Source: an uncultured Clostridium sp. (lineage in GTDB: Bacteria > Bacillota > Clostridia > TANB77 > CAG-508). From it: 64,000 nucleotides of DNA. The position numbers and the translations under genes are program-made. The DNA lies in assembly GCA_947363765.1 (NCBI GenBank), contig CANAQC010000003.1, positions 7,756-71,755 on the forward strand. The letters run 5' to 3'. The notes beneath the pieces are model-generated. The model saw only the letters and a program-made list of their open reading frames with translations. It was not told where the DNA came from and ran no database searches. How positions within the stretch are numbered: the first letter of the stretch is position 1; every line of letters begins with the position of its first letter. This document shows positions 41,762 through 51,235 of this stretch, in pieces.

Positions 41762-43004
41762 ATGGATTTATCAAAACCTTTAGCTTATCGTATGAGTCCT
41801 AAAACATTGGATGAATACGTAGGACAAGAACATATATTAGGACAAGATAAAATTTTATATAGAACCATAAAAGCAGATAGACTATCTAGTATTATTTTAT
41901 GGGGACCACCAGGATGTCGGAAAAACCTCACTTGCACGAGTTATCAGTCAAACTACAAAATATAAATTTACGAAAATAAATGCAGTTAACTCTGGTGTTG
42001 GAGAAATCAAAAAAGCAATTGATGAGGCAAAAAACGTATTTTTAAATCCAAGTGGAAAATGTATTTTATTTATAGATGAAATACATCGTTTTAATAAATT
42101 ACAACAAGATGCACTTTTACCATTTGTAGAAGATGGAACTGTTATTTTAATTGGAGCGACAACAGAAAATCCATATTTTGAAGTAAACAAAGCTTTAATT
42201 TCAAGGTCAATTGTATTTAAATTAGAACCATTAACTACAAATGATATCTTTAAAGTATTAAAAATGTCATTACAAAGAGAAGATGGATTAAAAAGTTTTA
42301 ATGTGAAAATAGAAGACGAAACTTTACAAAAAATTGCTGAAGTTTCAGCAGGAGATGTAAGAACAGCTCTTAATGGATTAGAAGTAGCAGTTCTTACAAC
42401 AAAGGTAAATAAAGATGGATATATTTATATTACTAATGAAATCGCAGCAGATAGTATAAGAAGTAGAAAAGCTATTTTTGATAAAAATGGAGATAGTCAT
42501 TATGATAATATTAGTGCATTTATAAAATCTATGCGTGGAAGTGATGCTGATGCAACAGTATTTTATTTAGCAAGAGCACTAAATGGAGGGGAAGATCCTG
42601 TATTTCTTGCAAGAAGAATGGTAATTTTAGCAGCAGAAGATGTAGGAATGGCAAATCCAAATGCTCTTGTTATTGCAACATCTGCAATGCAAGCTGTTAG
42701 TATGGTAGGTATGCCAGAAGCTAGAATTATTTTAAGTGAAGCCGCTATTTATCTTGCAAAATCTAAAAAATCTAATGCAAGCTATTTGGCAATTAATAAA
42801 GCATTAGACGATGTAAAAAACAAAGATACAGGAACTATACCAATGCATATAAGAAATGCACCAGCCAGTGATATGGAGCAATTTGGATATGGAGATGGTT
42901 ATAAATATCCACATGACTATAAAGGTCATTTTATACAACAACAATATTTACCAGATAAAATGCTAGGAACAAAGTATTATATAAAAGATGATACAGTAGA
43001 TTAA
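41762..43004 (+). pseudogene. rarA: Recombination factor RarA/MgsA (AAA+), interrupted by an apparent +1 frameshift at C41918 (in-frame CGG)
   Basis: Frame 0 ends soon after WGPPGC-R-KNLTC. Skipping C41918 gives the Walker A WGPPGCGKTSLARVISQ...INAVNSGVGEIKKAI...FIDEIHRFNK and runs into ORF 42264..43004 (MgsA_C: HYDNISAFIKSMRGSD, GGEDPVFLARRM). Confidence 0.85.
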
Positions 43005-43089
43005 CTAAGCATTTTATACAAATTTTATTGTATTAAATTTGTATAAAAATAAATATAATAAGAATGATTAATATTGTGAAAATATAATA

Positions 43090-43320
43090 TTAATCATTCT
43101 TATTTTGTTCATCTGGAATATATTCTAATAGTTCTGATATTTCACAATCAAAAACTTTACAAATATTATTTAAATGTTTGACATCAAATCTTTTGATTTC
43201 TTCATAATACATTTTTGAAACTGTGGCAGGTCGAATTCCAGTAAGATCAGCTAATGACTTTTGTGTCATTTTATGTTTTCCTAATAAATCCGAAAGTTTA
43301 ATTTTTAACATAATTTTCAT
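43090..43320 (-). CDS. XRE-family HTH protein (76 aa)
   Basis: MTQKSLADLTGIRPATVSKMY, the HTH_26/Cro-C1 pattern. Confidence 0.7.
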   Translation of the reverse strand: MKIMLKIKLSDLLGKHKMTQKSLADLTGIRPATVSKMYYEEIKRFDVKHLNNICKVFDCEISELLEYIPDEQNKND

Positions 43321-43523
43321 CCTTTCATTTATACTTTAATGGTATTTTTTTGTATTTTATCACTTAATGAATTAAAATTACATAAATGCAAATAAATATA
43401 ACGCAAAAAGTAATTATTAACAACATAAGAGTAAAGAAACAAATTAATATATTCATTAGAAAAGTATAAAAACATAAAAAAGAACAAATACTATTTGTAA
43501 ATAAAAAATAAAGGTGTAAAAAA

Positions 43524-43871
43524 ATGGTAAAAAAAATAGTAATTGGTTTTATAGCAGGTATTGTAAGTGGTTTATTTGCAACAGGGGGTGGGATGATAGT
43601 AGTTCCAGCATTAGTTTACTTACTAGGAGTAGAAGAAGGAAAAGCAAGAGCTACTTCATTATTTGTAATTTTACCAATGGTAATTACAAGTGGTATTTTT
43701 TATTATAAAAATGATTATATCAATTGGAAAATTGGTGTATTGTGTGCAATAGGAGGTACAATAGGAGGTTTTTTAGGCTCTAAATTTTTAAAAAAAATAC
43801 CAGATATTTATTTGAAAATTTCTTTTACTATTTTTTTAATATATGTATCAATTAAAATGATAATAGCTTAA
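43524..43871 (+). CDS. TauE/SafE-family half-size membrane transporter (first half)
   Basis: GIVSGLFATGGGMIVVPALVYLLG motif. 4 TM helices in 115 aa. Has its own stop. Confidence 0.65.
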   Translation: MVKKIVIGFIAGIVSGLFATGGGMIVVPALVYLLGVEEGKARATSLFVILPMVITSGIFYYKNDYINWKIGVLCAIGGTIGGFLGSKFLKKIPDIYLKISFTIFLIYVSIKMIIA

Positions 43872-43884
43872 AAAGGAGGAAAAA

Positions 43885-44284
43885 GTGGAAATTGTAATTG
43901 GAGTTATATCTGGATTTGTAAGTCGGTATGGGAATGGGTGGAGGAACTATTTTAATATTATGTCTTTCAATGTTTTTAGGAATTGAACAACACATTGCAC
44001 AAGCTAGTAATTTAGTATTTTTTATTCCAACTTCTATTGTTGCAATTATAACTAACATTAGACAAAAATATATTGACTTTAAAATAGGGATTCCTATAGC
44101 AATATCTGGAATAATTGGTGCAGTAATAGGAGCAATAATAGCAAATAATTTAGATGTAATTCATTTAAAAAAATATTTTGGAATTTTTCTAGCATTAATT
44201 GCAATGTGGGAAATTTATTCTTTGGTAAAAAAGTATATATATACGAAAAAAAGACATAATAAATATATGAATACAAAAATTTAA
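43885..44284 (+). pseudogene. TauE/SafE-family half-size transporter (second half), interrupted by an apparent +1 frameshift at C43924 (in-frame CGG)
   Basis: GTG start after AAAAGGAGGAAAAA. VEIVIGVISGFVS, then skipping C gives GMGMGGGTILILCLSMFLG..., continuous with ORF 43928..44284 and parallel to the motif of the first half. Confidence 0.65.
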
Positions 44285-44296
44285 GGAGGAAGTATT

Positions 44297-44437
44297 ATGA
44301 AATTTGTAAAAGGTATGGTTATGGGAACATTATTATCAGCTGGAGTAGTAATGTTATATAATGAAAAAAACATGATGAAGAAAAATAAGATGATGAAAAA
44401 AGGAAAACAATTAATAAAAAAGATGGGAATCATTTAA
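44297..44437 (+). CDS. Small (46 aa) membrane/basic peptide
   Basis: AAGGAGGAAG RBS. MKFVKGMVMGTLLSAGVVMLYNEKNMMKKNKMMKKGKQLIKKMGII. Below the ORF-track cutoff. Confidence 0.35.
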   Translation: MKFVKGMVMGTLLSAGVVMLYNEKNMMKKNKMMKKGKQLIKKMGII

Positions 44438-44457
44438 GATTTCCATCTTTTTTAGGA

Positions 44458-44904
44458 TTATTCACAGTCGCAGTCGCATTCACGTTTGCATTCTGGTTTG
44501 CAATTATTATTTCCAATAAAACAATCACATTTATCCATTTTTACGCCTTTTAAACATTTACCTTCATGACCACATTTAGCACATACACTAACATGTTTAA
44601 CTTGATCTACCCAAAAATTAATTTCATATTTTTTGTCTGGGCAAAGAGGACCAAATACAAATTCTCCTTCTTCATCTGTAAAAGTATGAGAAACTGGTCT
44701 TCTTTCTTCTTTACCACATTCACAAACTACTTCAACTAATTTAACAACTGCATCACAAACTGGCTCTTTGTAACAATCACGAATAACACCATAAATAACA
44801 TTTCTATTATCACATGGTAATGTGATATCTAAATCAAATTGCTTTCCACAAGCGATTGCACCATCTATATCAACTATTGGGCAACATGGTTTTTCAAAAT
44901 CCAT
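44458..44904 (-). CDS. Cysteine-rich protein (possible spore coat/exosporium component)
   Basis: 148 aa with 19 Cys by my count, ending KPECKRECDCDCE. The central region resembles a small beta-sandwich. The function is an inference. Confidence 0.45.
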   Translation of the reverse strand: MDFEKPCCPIVDIDGAIACGKQFDLDITLPCDNRNVIYGVIRDCYKEPVCDAVVKLVEVVCECGKEERRPVSHTFTDEEGEFVFGPLCPDKKYEINFWVDQVKHVSVCAKCGHEGKCLKGVKMDKCDCFIGNNNCKPECKRECDCDCE

Positions 44905-45067
44905 AAAAATCTACCTTCCTTTTTTATATTTGCTTATATTAAGCTACAATATATAATATGAAGATTCGACAAAAAAGTGATAAAAAAAGACTTAAAATTT
45001 TATTGAAAAACAAATTGAAATATGATATAACAAATACATAAATTTTAGGAAGGATGAAAAAATATAT

Positions 45068-45187
45068 ATGAATAACAAAAAAAGAACAAAAAAAGAACTT
45101 ATGGTAAAAATTATGGCATTTATTTTAGCAGGATTAATGGTTTTAGCAACTGCTACAACATTAATTTATTATTTAATTGTAATGTAA
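45068..45187 (+). CDS. Small (39 aa) single-TM peptide upstream of cdaA
   Basis: MNNKKRTKKELMVKIMAFILAGLMVLATATTLIYYLIVM. Below the ORF-track cutoff. Confidence 0.3.
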   Translation: MNNKKRTKKELMVKIMAFILAGLMVLATATTLIYYLIVM

Positions 45188-45202
45188 AAAAGAGGTAAAA
45201 AT

Positions 45203-46141
45203 ATGACAAATGGTTTTGGAATAAATTTTCAAAGGTTTTACGAGGAAATTATATTAGGGTATGTTACATCATTATATGATAACCCTATTAATTTAATAAT
45301 TTTAATAATAGATATTTCAATTGTTATTTTTCTAGCTACTAAATTAGTTCTATTCGCTAAAAATTCTAGGGCTTGGCAATTGTTAAAAGGAATTTGTTTT
45401 TTAATAATTGCAAGTGTATTGAGTTATGTATTACAATTAAGAATTTTGAATTTTTTACTGAATATTGTAATGACATGGGGGGTATTTGCACTAATTGTTA
45501 TATTTCAGCCAGAACTAAGAAGAGCATTAGAACAATTAGGAACAAATAAATTTACAAGATTTTTTGGAATTGATAAGGATATTGCAACAAAAACAAAAGA
45601 AGATATATATAAGATTATTATTGCTGCAATAGAGCTTTCTAAGGCAAGAACTGGAGCATTAATAGTAATAGAAAGAGATATTCAAATTAAAGATATTATT
45701 GCAACAGGAATTGCTATAAATTCTGAAGTATCACCACAATTATTAGTAAACATATTTGTCCCTAACACTCCACTTCATGATGGAGCAGTAGTTATATCTA
45801 GTAATCAAATAGCAGCTGCTGCATGTATGTTGCCACTTGCAAGTGATACAGATATTGCAAAAGAATTAGGAACAAGACATAGAGCAGCAATTGGAATATC
45901 TAAAGAATCTGATGCAATTGCAGTAGTAGTTTCAGAAGAAACTGGAAAAATATCAATTGCAAAGGATGGAACATTAATTGCAGATGTAACAGAAGAAACA
46001 ATGAAAAAGATTTTAATTAAAAATATTGTTAGTAAACGTTTTGATGAAGAAAAAATAAGTAAACTTGAAAGATTAAAGCATATTAATTTTCCAATAGAAA
46101 GAAATAAAAAGACTAAAAATGAAGAATCAAAAAAGAATTAA
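45203..46141 (+). CDS. cdaA: Diadenylate cyclase CdaA (DisA_N/DAC domain, membrane anchored)
   Basis: 3 N-terminal TM helices. TGALIVIERD, PLHDGAVVI and GTRHRAAIGISKESDAIAVVVSEETG. Confidence 0.85.
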   Translation: MTNGFGINFQRFYEEIILGYVTSLYDNPINLIILIIDISIVIFLATKLVLFAKNSRAWQLLKGICFLIIASVLSYVLQLRILNFLLNIVMTWGVFALIVIFQPELRRALEQLGTNKFTRFFGIDKDIATKTKEDIYKIIIAAIELSKARTGALIVIERDIQIKDIIATGIAINSEVSPQLLVNIFVPNTPLHDGAVVISSNQIAAAACMLPLASDTDIAKELGTRHRAAIGISKESDAIAVVVSEETGKISIAKDGTLIADVTEETMKKILIKNIVSKRFDEEKISKLERLKHINFPIERNKKTKNEESKKN

Positions 46142-46143
46142 GT

Positions 46144-46170
46144 AAAAACACACTATTAGAGTGTGTTTTT
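46144..46170. terminator. Bidirectional terminator between cdaA and the convergent HAD gene
   Basis: AAAAACACACT, loop attag, AGTGTGTTTTT. Confidence 0.65.
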
Positions 46171-47017
46171 ATATGAATTTATAAATTGCTTCTGCAAAAC
46201 CTGCATTTTCGGAACTGTTTGTAGTAACATAGGTAGCTACTTTTTTTACTTCTTCATAAGAATCAGAAAGAGTAGCACTTGTACCAGAAGCTTGCATCAT
46301 ATCAATATCATTAAGATTATCTCCAATTGCCATAACATCAGAGCGAGGAACATTTAAAAAATTACTAAGATATTCTAAAGCATATCCTTTTCCAATATGT
46401 ATTGGTGTAATATCTAAATATTCATATTCTGTATTAATAATTTTATCTTTATAATATCCCTTTTTTTGTATTAAAGTAACATTCAAATGAAATTTTGATA
46501 AAATTTCATTTTTTAAGTTAGATAAATTTTCTTTGCTAGAAATAACTAGTTTTAAAATAGGTGTTTGATTTTTAAGAATATAATCTTTTACATTTTCTAT
46601 AATTTTAAAAGACAAATTTTTAGTATCTTGTTTTCCATTTAAAATGTAATTCCTAAGATCCATATATTGTAATTTTTCAGTAATTATTTCTAATTCACTA
46701 TATACATGAATATGTAAGTTATAAGATTTTGCTAAATCATAACAAGCTATAAAATCATTAATTGGTAATAAATTTTTATAGATTTCTTCTCCAGTCTTTA
46801 AATTAATAATTTGTGTACCATTACCAAAAATTCCATAAGAGGCATTGCATTTATCACATATATTCTTTGTAATAGAATATGTTTTACCAGTACAAATAGC
46901 AAAATCTATATTTTTTTTATTAATATCTTCGATAGCAATTAAATTTCCATTTGGTATAAAATTATTGTGGTCAACTAAAGTACCATCTAAATCACTTGCA
47001 ATTAATTTAATTGGCAT
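46169..47017 (-). CDS. Cof-type HAD-IIB phosphatase
   Basis: LIASDLDGTLV motif I, and GDNLNDIDMM motif III. Confidence 0.8.
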   Translation of the reverse strand: MPIKLIASDLDGTLVDHNNFIPNGNLIAIEDINKKNIDFAICTGKTYSITKNICDKCNASYGIFGNGTQIINLKTGEEIYKNLLPINDFIACYDLAKSYNLHIHVYSELEIITEKLQYMDLRNYILNGKQDTKNLSFKIIENVKDYILKNQTPILKLVISSKENLSNLKNEILSKFHLNVTLIQKKGYYKDKIINTEYEYLDITPIHIGKGYALEYLSNFLNVPRSDVMAIGDNLNDIDMMQASGTSATLSDSYEEVKKVATYVTTNSSENAGFAEAIYKFI

Positions 47018-47207
47018 TTTTTAAAACCTCCTATTTTTGTAAAAATTAATTTAGTTTTAAATTATTGTATCATATATTATAAAGTAATAGTAGCTAAATT
47101 TAAAAAAATAAGTTATAATAAATTAATATTTACAATTTTTGTACTATTACTTAAACCAAATATTAAACTATATTTATAATAATAAAAAAGGTAAAATGGA
47201 GAAAATT

Positions 47208-47949
47208 ATGAGAAATATAAAATTAACAATAGAATATGATGGAAGTGGATTTAATGGATGGCAAAAACAGAAAGACAAATTAAATATACAAGGAACAATT
47301 GAAGAAGTAATAAAGAGTATAACAAAAGAAGAAAGTATAGAACTAAATGCTTCACGGAAGAACAGATGCAGGCGTTCATGCATTTAATCAAATTGCTAAT
47401 TTTAAAACAAATTCTAATTTACCAATAGATAAATTTGCTATTGCAATTAATTCAAGGATAAAAAAGAGTATTGTTATAAAATCAGCACAAGAGGTAGAAC
47501 AAAGCTTTCATGCAAGATATGCATGTAAGAAAAAGACATATGAATATATTATAGATAATTCTAAATATGGAAGTGCTATTTATAGAAATCTAAAATATCA
47601 TATTCCGCAAAAACTAGATGTTATAAAAATGCAAAAAGCAGTCAAGTACTTTATAGGAGAACATGATTTTAAAGCTTTTAGAGCAAGTGGTACTAGTAGT
47701 AAAAGCAGTATAAGAATAATTTATAATGCAGAAGTTATAAAAGAAGATGAGAACATTAAAATTAGATTAACAGGAAATGGTTTTTTATACAATATGGTTC
47801 GTATTATTTCTGGAACGTTAGTAGATGTAGGCTTTGGAAAAATTAATCCAGAAGACATTTTAACTATAATACAAAAAAAGGATAGAACAAATGCTGGGAA
47901 AACATTACCAGCACATGGATTATATCTAGTAAATGTTGATTATGCATAA
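47208..47949 (+). pseudogene. truA: tRNA pseudouridine(38-40) synthase TruA, interrupted by an apparent +1 frameshift at C47355 (in-frame CGG)
   Basis: MRNIKLTIEYDGSGFNGWQKQ...IELNAS. Skipping C gives GRTDAGVHAFNQIANF (catalytic Asp motif), continuous with ORF 47347..47949. Confidence 0.85.
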
Positions 47950-48017
47950 TTTGTAACAAAACAAAGGAAATATTCATAATATATACTAGCAAAATAAGGA
48001 ATAAAGGAGAGAATATT

Positions 48018-48554
48018 ATGAATACTTTACTTATATTTTTTGCATTACCACTTGCTACTATTATTTTAGCAGTTGTTTTACAAAAATTAATAAAAAGTCC
48101 AATACTAGTTGCAGCAATTTTCTTTGCAATTTACTTAATTATAGCTTTTGCTATTTTTGATGCTATATTTTTAGTAGTAGCAATTGTATATACTTTTTTA
48201 GCGTATGTAACAGCAGCAATAGTAAAAATACTATGTTGCTTTTTAAAGAATTTTAATTGTAATTGTAACTGTAATAATAGAGAATCAAATTGTTCGTGTA
48301 GGAGAAATACTAATAATATATTAGCATTAAGTGATGGCGTAGAAATAATAAATAACACAAATGAAAATGTATGTAGATGTAGAGTAAATTGCAATAATAA
48401 TATGGAATCATTTAATACAGGATACAATAGAGGATATAATAATGGGTATGATAATGCATATAATTTTATAAGCAATAATAATTTAGATGTTGCAAGTATA
48501 AATAATAATACAAATAATAATTGTTGTTGTAATCGTAGAAGATGTTGTAGATAA
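48018..48554 (+). CDS. Membrane protein with a Cys/Asn-rich C-terminal tail
   Basis: 3 TM helices, then NCNCNCNN...CRCRVNCNN...NNCCCNRRRCCR. Confidence 0.45.
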   Translation: MNTLLIFFALPLATIILAVVLQKLIKSPILVAAIFFAIYLIIAFAIFDAIFLVVAIVYTFLAYVTAAIVKILCCFLKNFNCNCNCNNRESNCSCRRNTNNILALSDGVEIINNTNENVCRCRVNCNNNMESFNTGYNRGYNNGYDNAYNFISNNNLDVASINNNTNNNCCCNRRRCCR

Positions 48555-48570
48555 TAAAAATAGATTAGTA

Positions 48571-48607
48571 AAGAGGATATCCTATTTTTAGGATATCCTC
48601 TTTTTTT
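48571..48607 (+). terminator. Rho-independent terminator
   Basis: AAGAGGATATCCT ... AGGATATCCTCTT followed by a T-run. Confidence 0.75.
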
Positions 48608-48704
48608 GCATTATCTTATATTACAAACAAATATAATTTTAGACATAAACAATACAAAAACTATTTAAATAGGTGAACTATGGAACATCAAAAGCAGTAA
48701 TCAA

Positions 48705-50396
48705 TTATTTTATAGGAGGATTGTTTGAAAATTTTACTACCATAACTCCATTTATTACTTTGACTGAATTACGGTCTGGAAATGTTTTCATATCTTTAAA
48801 TTCTTGTGTTAATATAATTTTTTTATATTCATCACTAGTACATAAATTTATTGACATACCTAAATAATTATTTAAAAAGTTTTTCCATGTTGAAGTAGAA
48901 CCTAAATAAGTATTCCAAAAAGCAGGAAAATCTGAAACTCCACCATTTGCCATTATATATATTTTATAATCCATAGGATAATTCATTTTGTCAATAATAC
49001 CTGCAAACATTATTGGCATACCTTTTTGATAATTTTCATTAGTTTCTATTCTATCCATTACTCTAATTACATAGGAATAAGCTTGATCATGTGTTCTTTT
49101 TATTGCCATATAAGTTGCATTATTAGATAACACATATGTAAAGTTAATAAGCATAGTTACTACACAAATAAGTACATTTAACATATTAATAAAATTTTCT
49201 TTAAGCCATGATTTATTATCAATATTGATTAAATCTATTAATGATATACTTAAAATAATAGGTAAAATATATTGCACTGAAGTTCTTATAATTATACTAT
49301 TACTTGGAGCAATAATTGATATAGCTCCTAACCATATTGGAAGTCCTATAATAGCAAGAAGTAAAGTAATAAAATTAGTTTTTTTCTTATAAATTTTATT
49401 CTTAAAGATGATTGTTAAAATACTAATAACAGTTAATAATCCTAATACTAAATATAAATATTGCCTTTTCCATTTCAAATTATGAACAATATTATCTTTA
49501 AAATAATAATTAATAAAAGTTGTATAGGCATTTTGTATAGAAGACCATAAATTTTCAAATCCTATGGTATTAGACCATCCATAACTAGCCAAAGGTGTAT
49601 TTAGAAATTTAAGCAATATTTGAGTTGCTATATAATATGTAGTAATTCCAATAATTCCCATCAATATACAATATACTAATTGTTTTATTATTTCCTTAGT
49701 AGTTTTATTATTTTCTAAAATTTCTATAATTATTCTAAATACACATAAAGTAATTGCTACTCCAATTTGTGCTTGATAAAGAGACATTGAAAAGCAAAGA
49801 AACATAGAAGCAAATAATATATTAATTTGTTTTCTTTTAAAAGGACCATCAAATGTTAAGTAAATTGCTAAAATTGATAATAGTATAGAAAGTGCATAAG
49901 AATCTGAACAATACCAATAAGTTAATAAATCTACAAGTGCTGGCATAGCAACAATTGATATAGAAGTTAGTATAATTGATAATTTGCTTTTTATTTTAAG
50001 TACTTTTACTAAAAAAATTGAAGCAAATGATATAATTAAAATACTTACAATTGTAGATACAATAGGTGATACAAGTCCTAATCTAATAGAATCGATAATT
50101 CTAATTCCCCATCTTCCTAATGTTGCTTCCCAAATTCCAGCTTTATAATAAACAGAGTTCCACAACCCATCTGGATTAGTTAGTTCTTGTGAATATAATT
50201 GAAAATGTATAATTAATCCAAAAATAAAAGTAGTCAAAAAAGCTAGTTTATTTTCAGTTTTACTAAAAAATGATATTATTTGATTTAAATATACTTCTGG
50301 AGATTTAATTGATATTTTTTCTTTTAAGTTGATATTTTTTGAATTTTTATTAATATTACTAGTATGTGTTTTGGTAAATAGACTATATTTTTGCAT
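48705..50396 (-). CDS. Large polytopic membrane protein, possibly a GT-C-type glycosyltransferase (GtrII/YfhO-like)
   Basis: 563 aa with more than 10 TM helices and a C-terminal soluble domain. The family assignment is tentative. Confidence 0.45.
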   Translation of the reverse strand: MQKYSLFTKTHTSNINKNSKNINLKEKISIKSPEVYLNQIISFFSKTENKLAFLTTFIFGLIIHFQLYSQELTNPDGLWNSVYYKAGIWEATLGRWGIRIIDSIRLGLVSPIVSTIVSILIISFASIFLVKVLKIKSKLSIILTSISIVAMPALVDLLTYWYCSDSYALSILLSILAIYLTFDGPFKRKQINILFASMFLCFSMSLYQAQIGVAITLCVFRIIIEILENNKTTKEIIKQLVYCILMGIIGITTYYIATQILLKFLNTPLASYGWSNTIGFENLWSSIQNAYTTFINYYFKDNIVHNLKWKRQYLYLVLGLLTVISILTIIFKNKIYKKKTNFITLLLAIIGLPIWLGAISIIAPSNSIIIRTSVQYILPIILSISLIDLINIDNKSWLKENFINMLNVLICVVTMLINFTYVLSNNATYMAIKRTHDQAYSYVIRVMDRIETNENYQKGMPIMFAGIIDKMNYPMDYKIYIMANGGVSDFPAFWNTYLGSTSTWKNFLNNYLGMSINLCTSDEYKKIILTQEFKDMKTFPDRNSVKVINGVMVVKFSNNPPIK

Positions 50397-50547
50397 TTTT
50401 ATTTTTCCTTTCTTTGTATAATTTGTACATGTTTGATTTTAACATTCTTTATGTACATATGCAATAAATAAAAATACATTTCTTTACTATTTATTGAAAA
50501 TATGATATAAATAATAAAAAAGTATTTTTTATTATAGGAGAAAAATA

Positions 50548-50784
50548 GTGAGAATAGATAAATTTTTAAAAATTGCAAGAGTAATTAAAAGAAGAACAAT
50601 TGCAAATGAGGCTGTAGACAGTAAAAGAGTAAGTGTTAATGGAAAAATAGTAAAATCAAGTTATGATGTAAAAATAGGAGATATTGTTGAAATTGCATTT
50701 GGAGATAGTATTTCAAAATTTGAGATTATATATATACCTACAGTTATAAAAAAGGACATGCCAGAGTTAATTAAAATATTATAA
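50548..50784 (+). CDS. S4-domain RNA-binding protein, RqcP/YabO-like
   Basis: GTG start. MRIDKFLKIARVIKRRTIANEAVDSKRVSVNGK closely follows the YabO/Hsp15 S4 pattern. Confidence 0.7.
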   Translation: MRIDKFLKIARVIKRRTIANEAVDSKRVSVNGKIVKSSYDVKIGDIVEIAFGDSISKFEIIYIPTVIKKDMPELIKIL

Positions 50785-50798
50785 GAGGGTACACAAGA

Positions 50799-51215
50799 AT
50801 GAAAAGATTTAAAGAAAAATTATTAGAAAATGATTTTGGAGCATATTTATATGATTTAAGATGCAAAAAACAATACACTATAGAAGAATTAGTGCAAAGA
50901 CTTAATATAGAGAGTTTGCAAGCAAAAAATATCCGAAAATGGGAACACGATTTAGAGTTTCCAGATTTAAATCAAATGTATAAAATATCAGAAATATATC
51001 AAATACCAATTGAAGAATTAATGCAAGTAAAAACACAAACTTTACAAGAAGGAGTAAAAGGAATTCATAAAGAATTAATACGTATTATTGGATATTTATT
51101 AGGTTTTTCAATTTATGGAACTATTATTATTTCTTATATTATTATTTTTTTTGCATTAGTATGGGCATTTTGTTTTTTTATAACAGCATCAAATAGACCC
51201 ATGTCAATGTTCTAA
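50799..51215 (+). CDS. XRE-type HTH protein with a C-terminal TM anchor
   Basis: YTIEELVQRLNIESLQAKNIRKWE..., plus hydrophobic C-terminal helices. Confidence 0.55.
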   Translation: MKRFKEKLLENDFGAYLYDLRCKKQYTIEELVQRLNIESLQAKNIRKWEHDLEFPDLNQMYKISEIYQIPIEELMQVKTQTLQEGVKGIHKELIRIIGYLLGFSIYGTIIISYIIIFFALVWAFCFFITASNRPMSMF

Positions 51216-51235
51216 AATAAGAAAGAGGATGAAAT

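Noticed and set aside
46163-46357. 64-aa plus-strand ORF after cdaA
   Set aside because: It is antisense to the well-supported Cof-type HAD gene and begins inside the bidirectional terminator.
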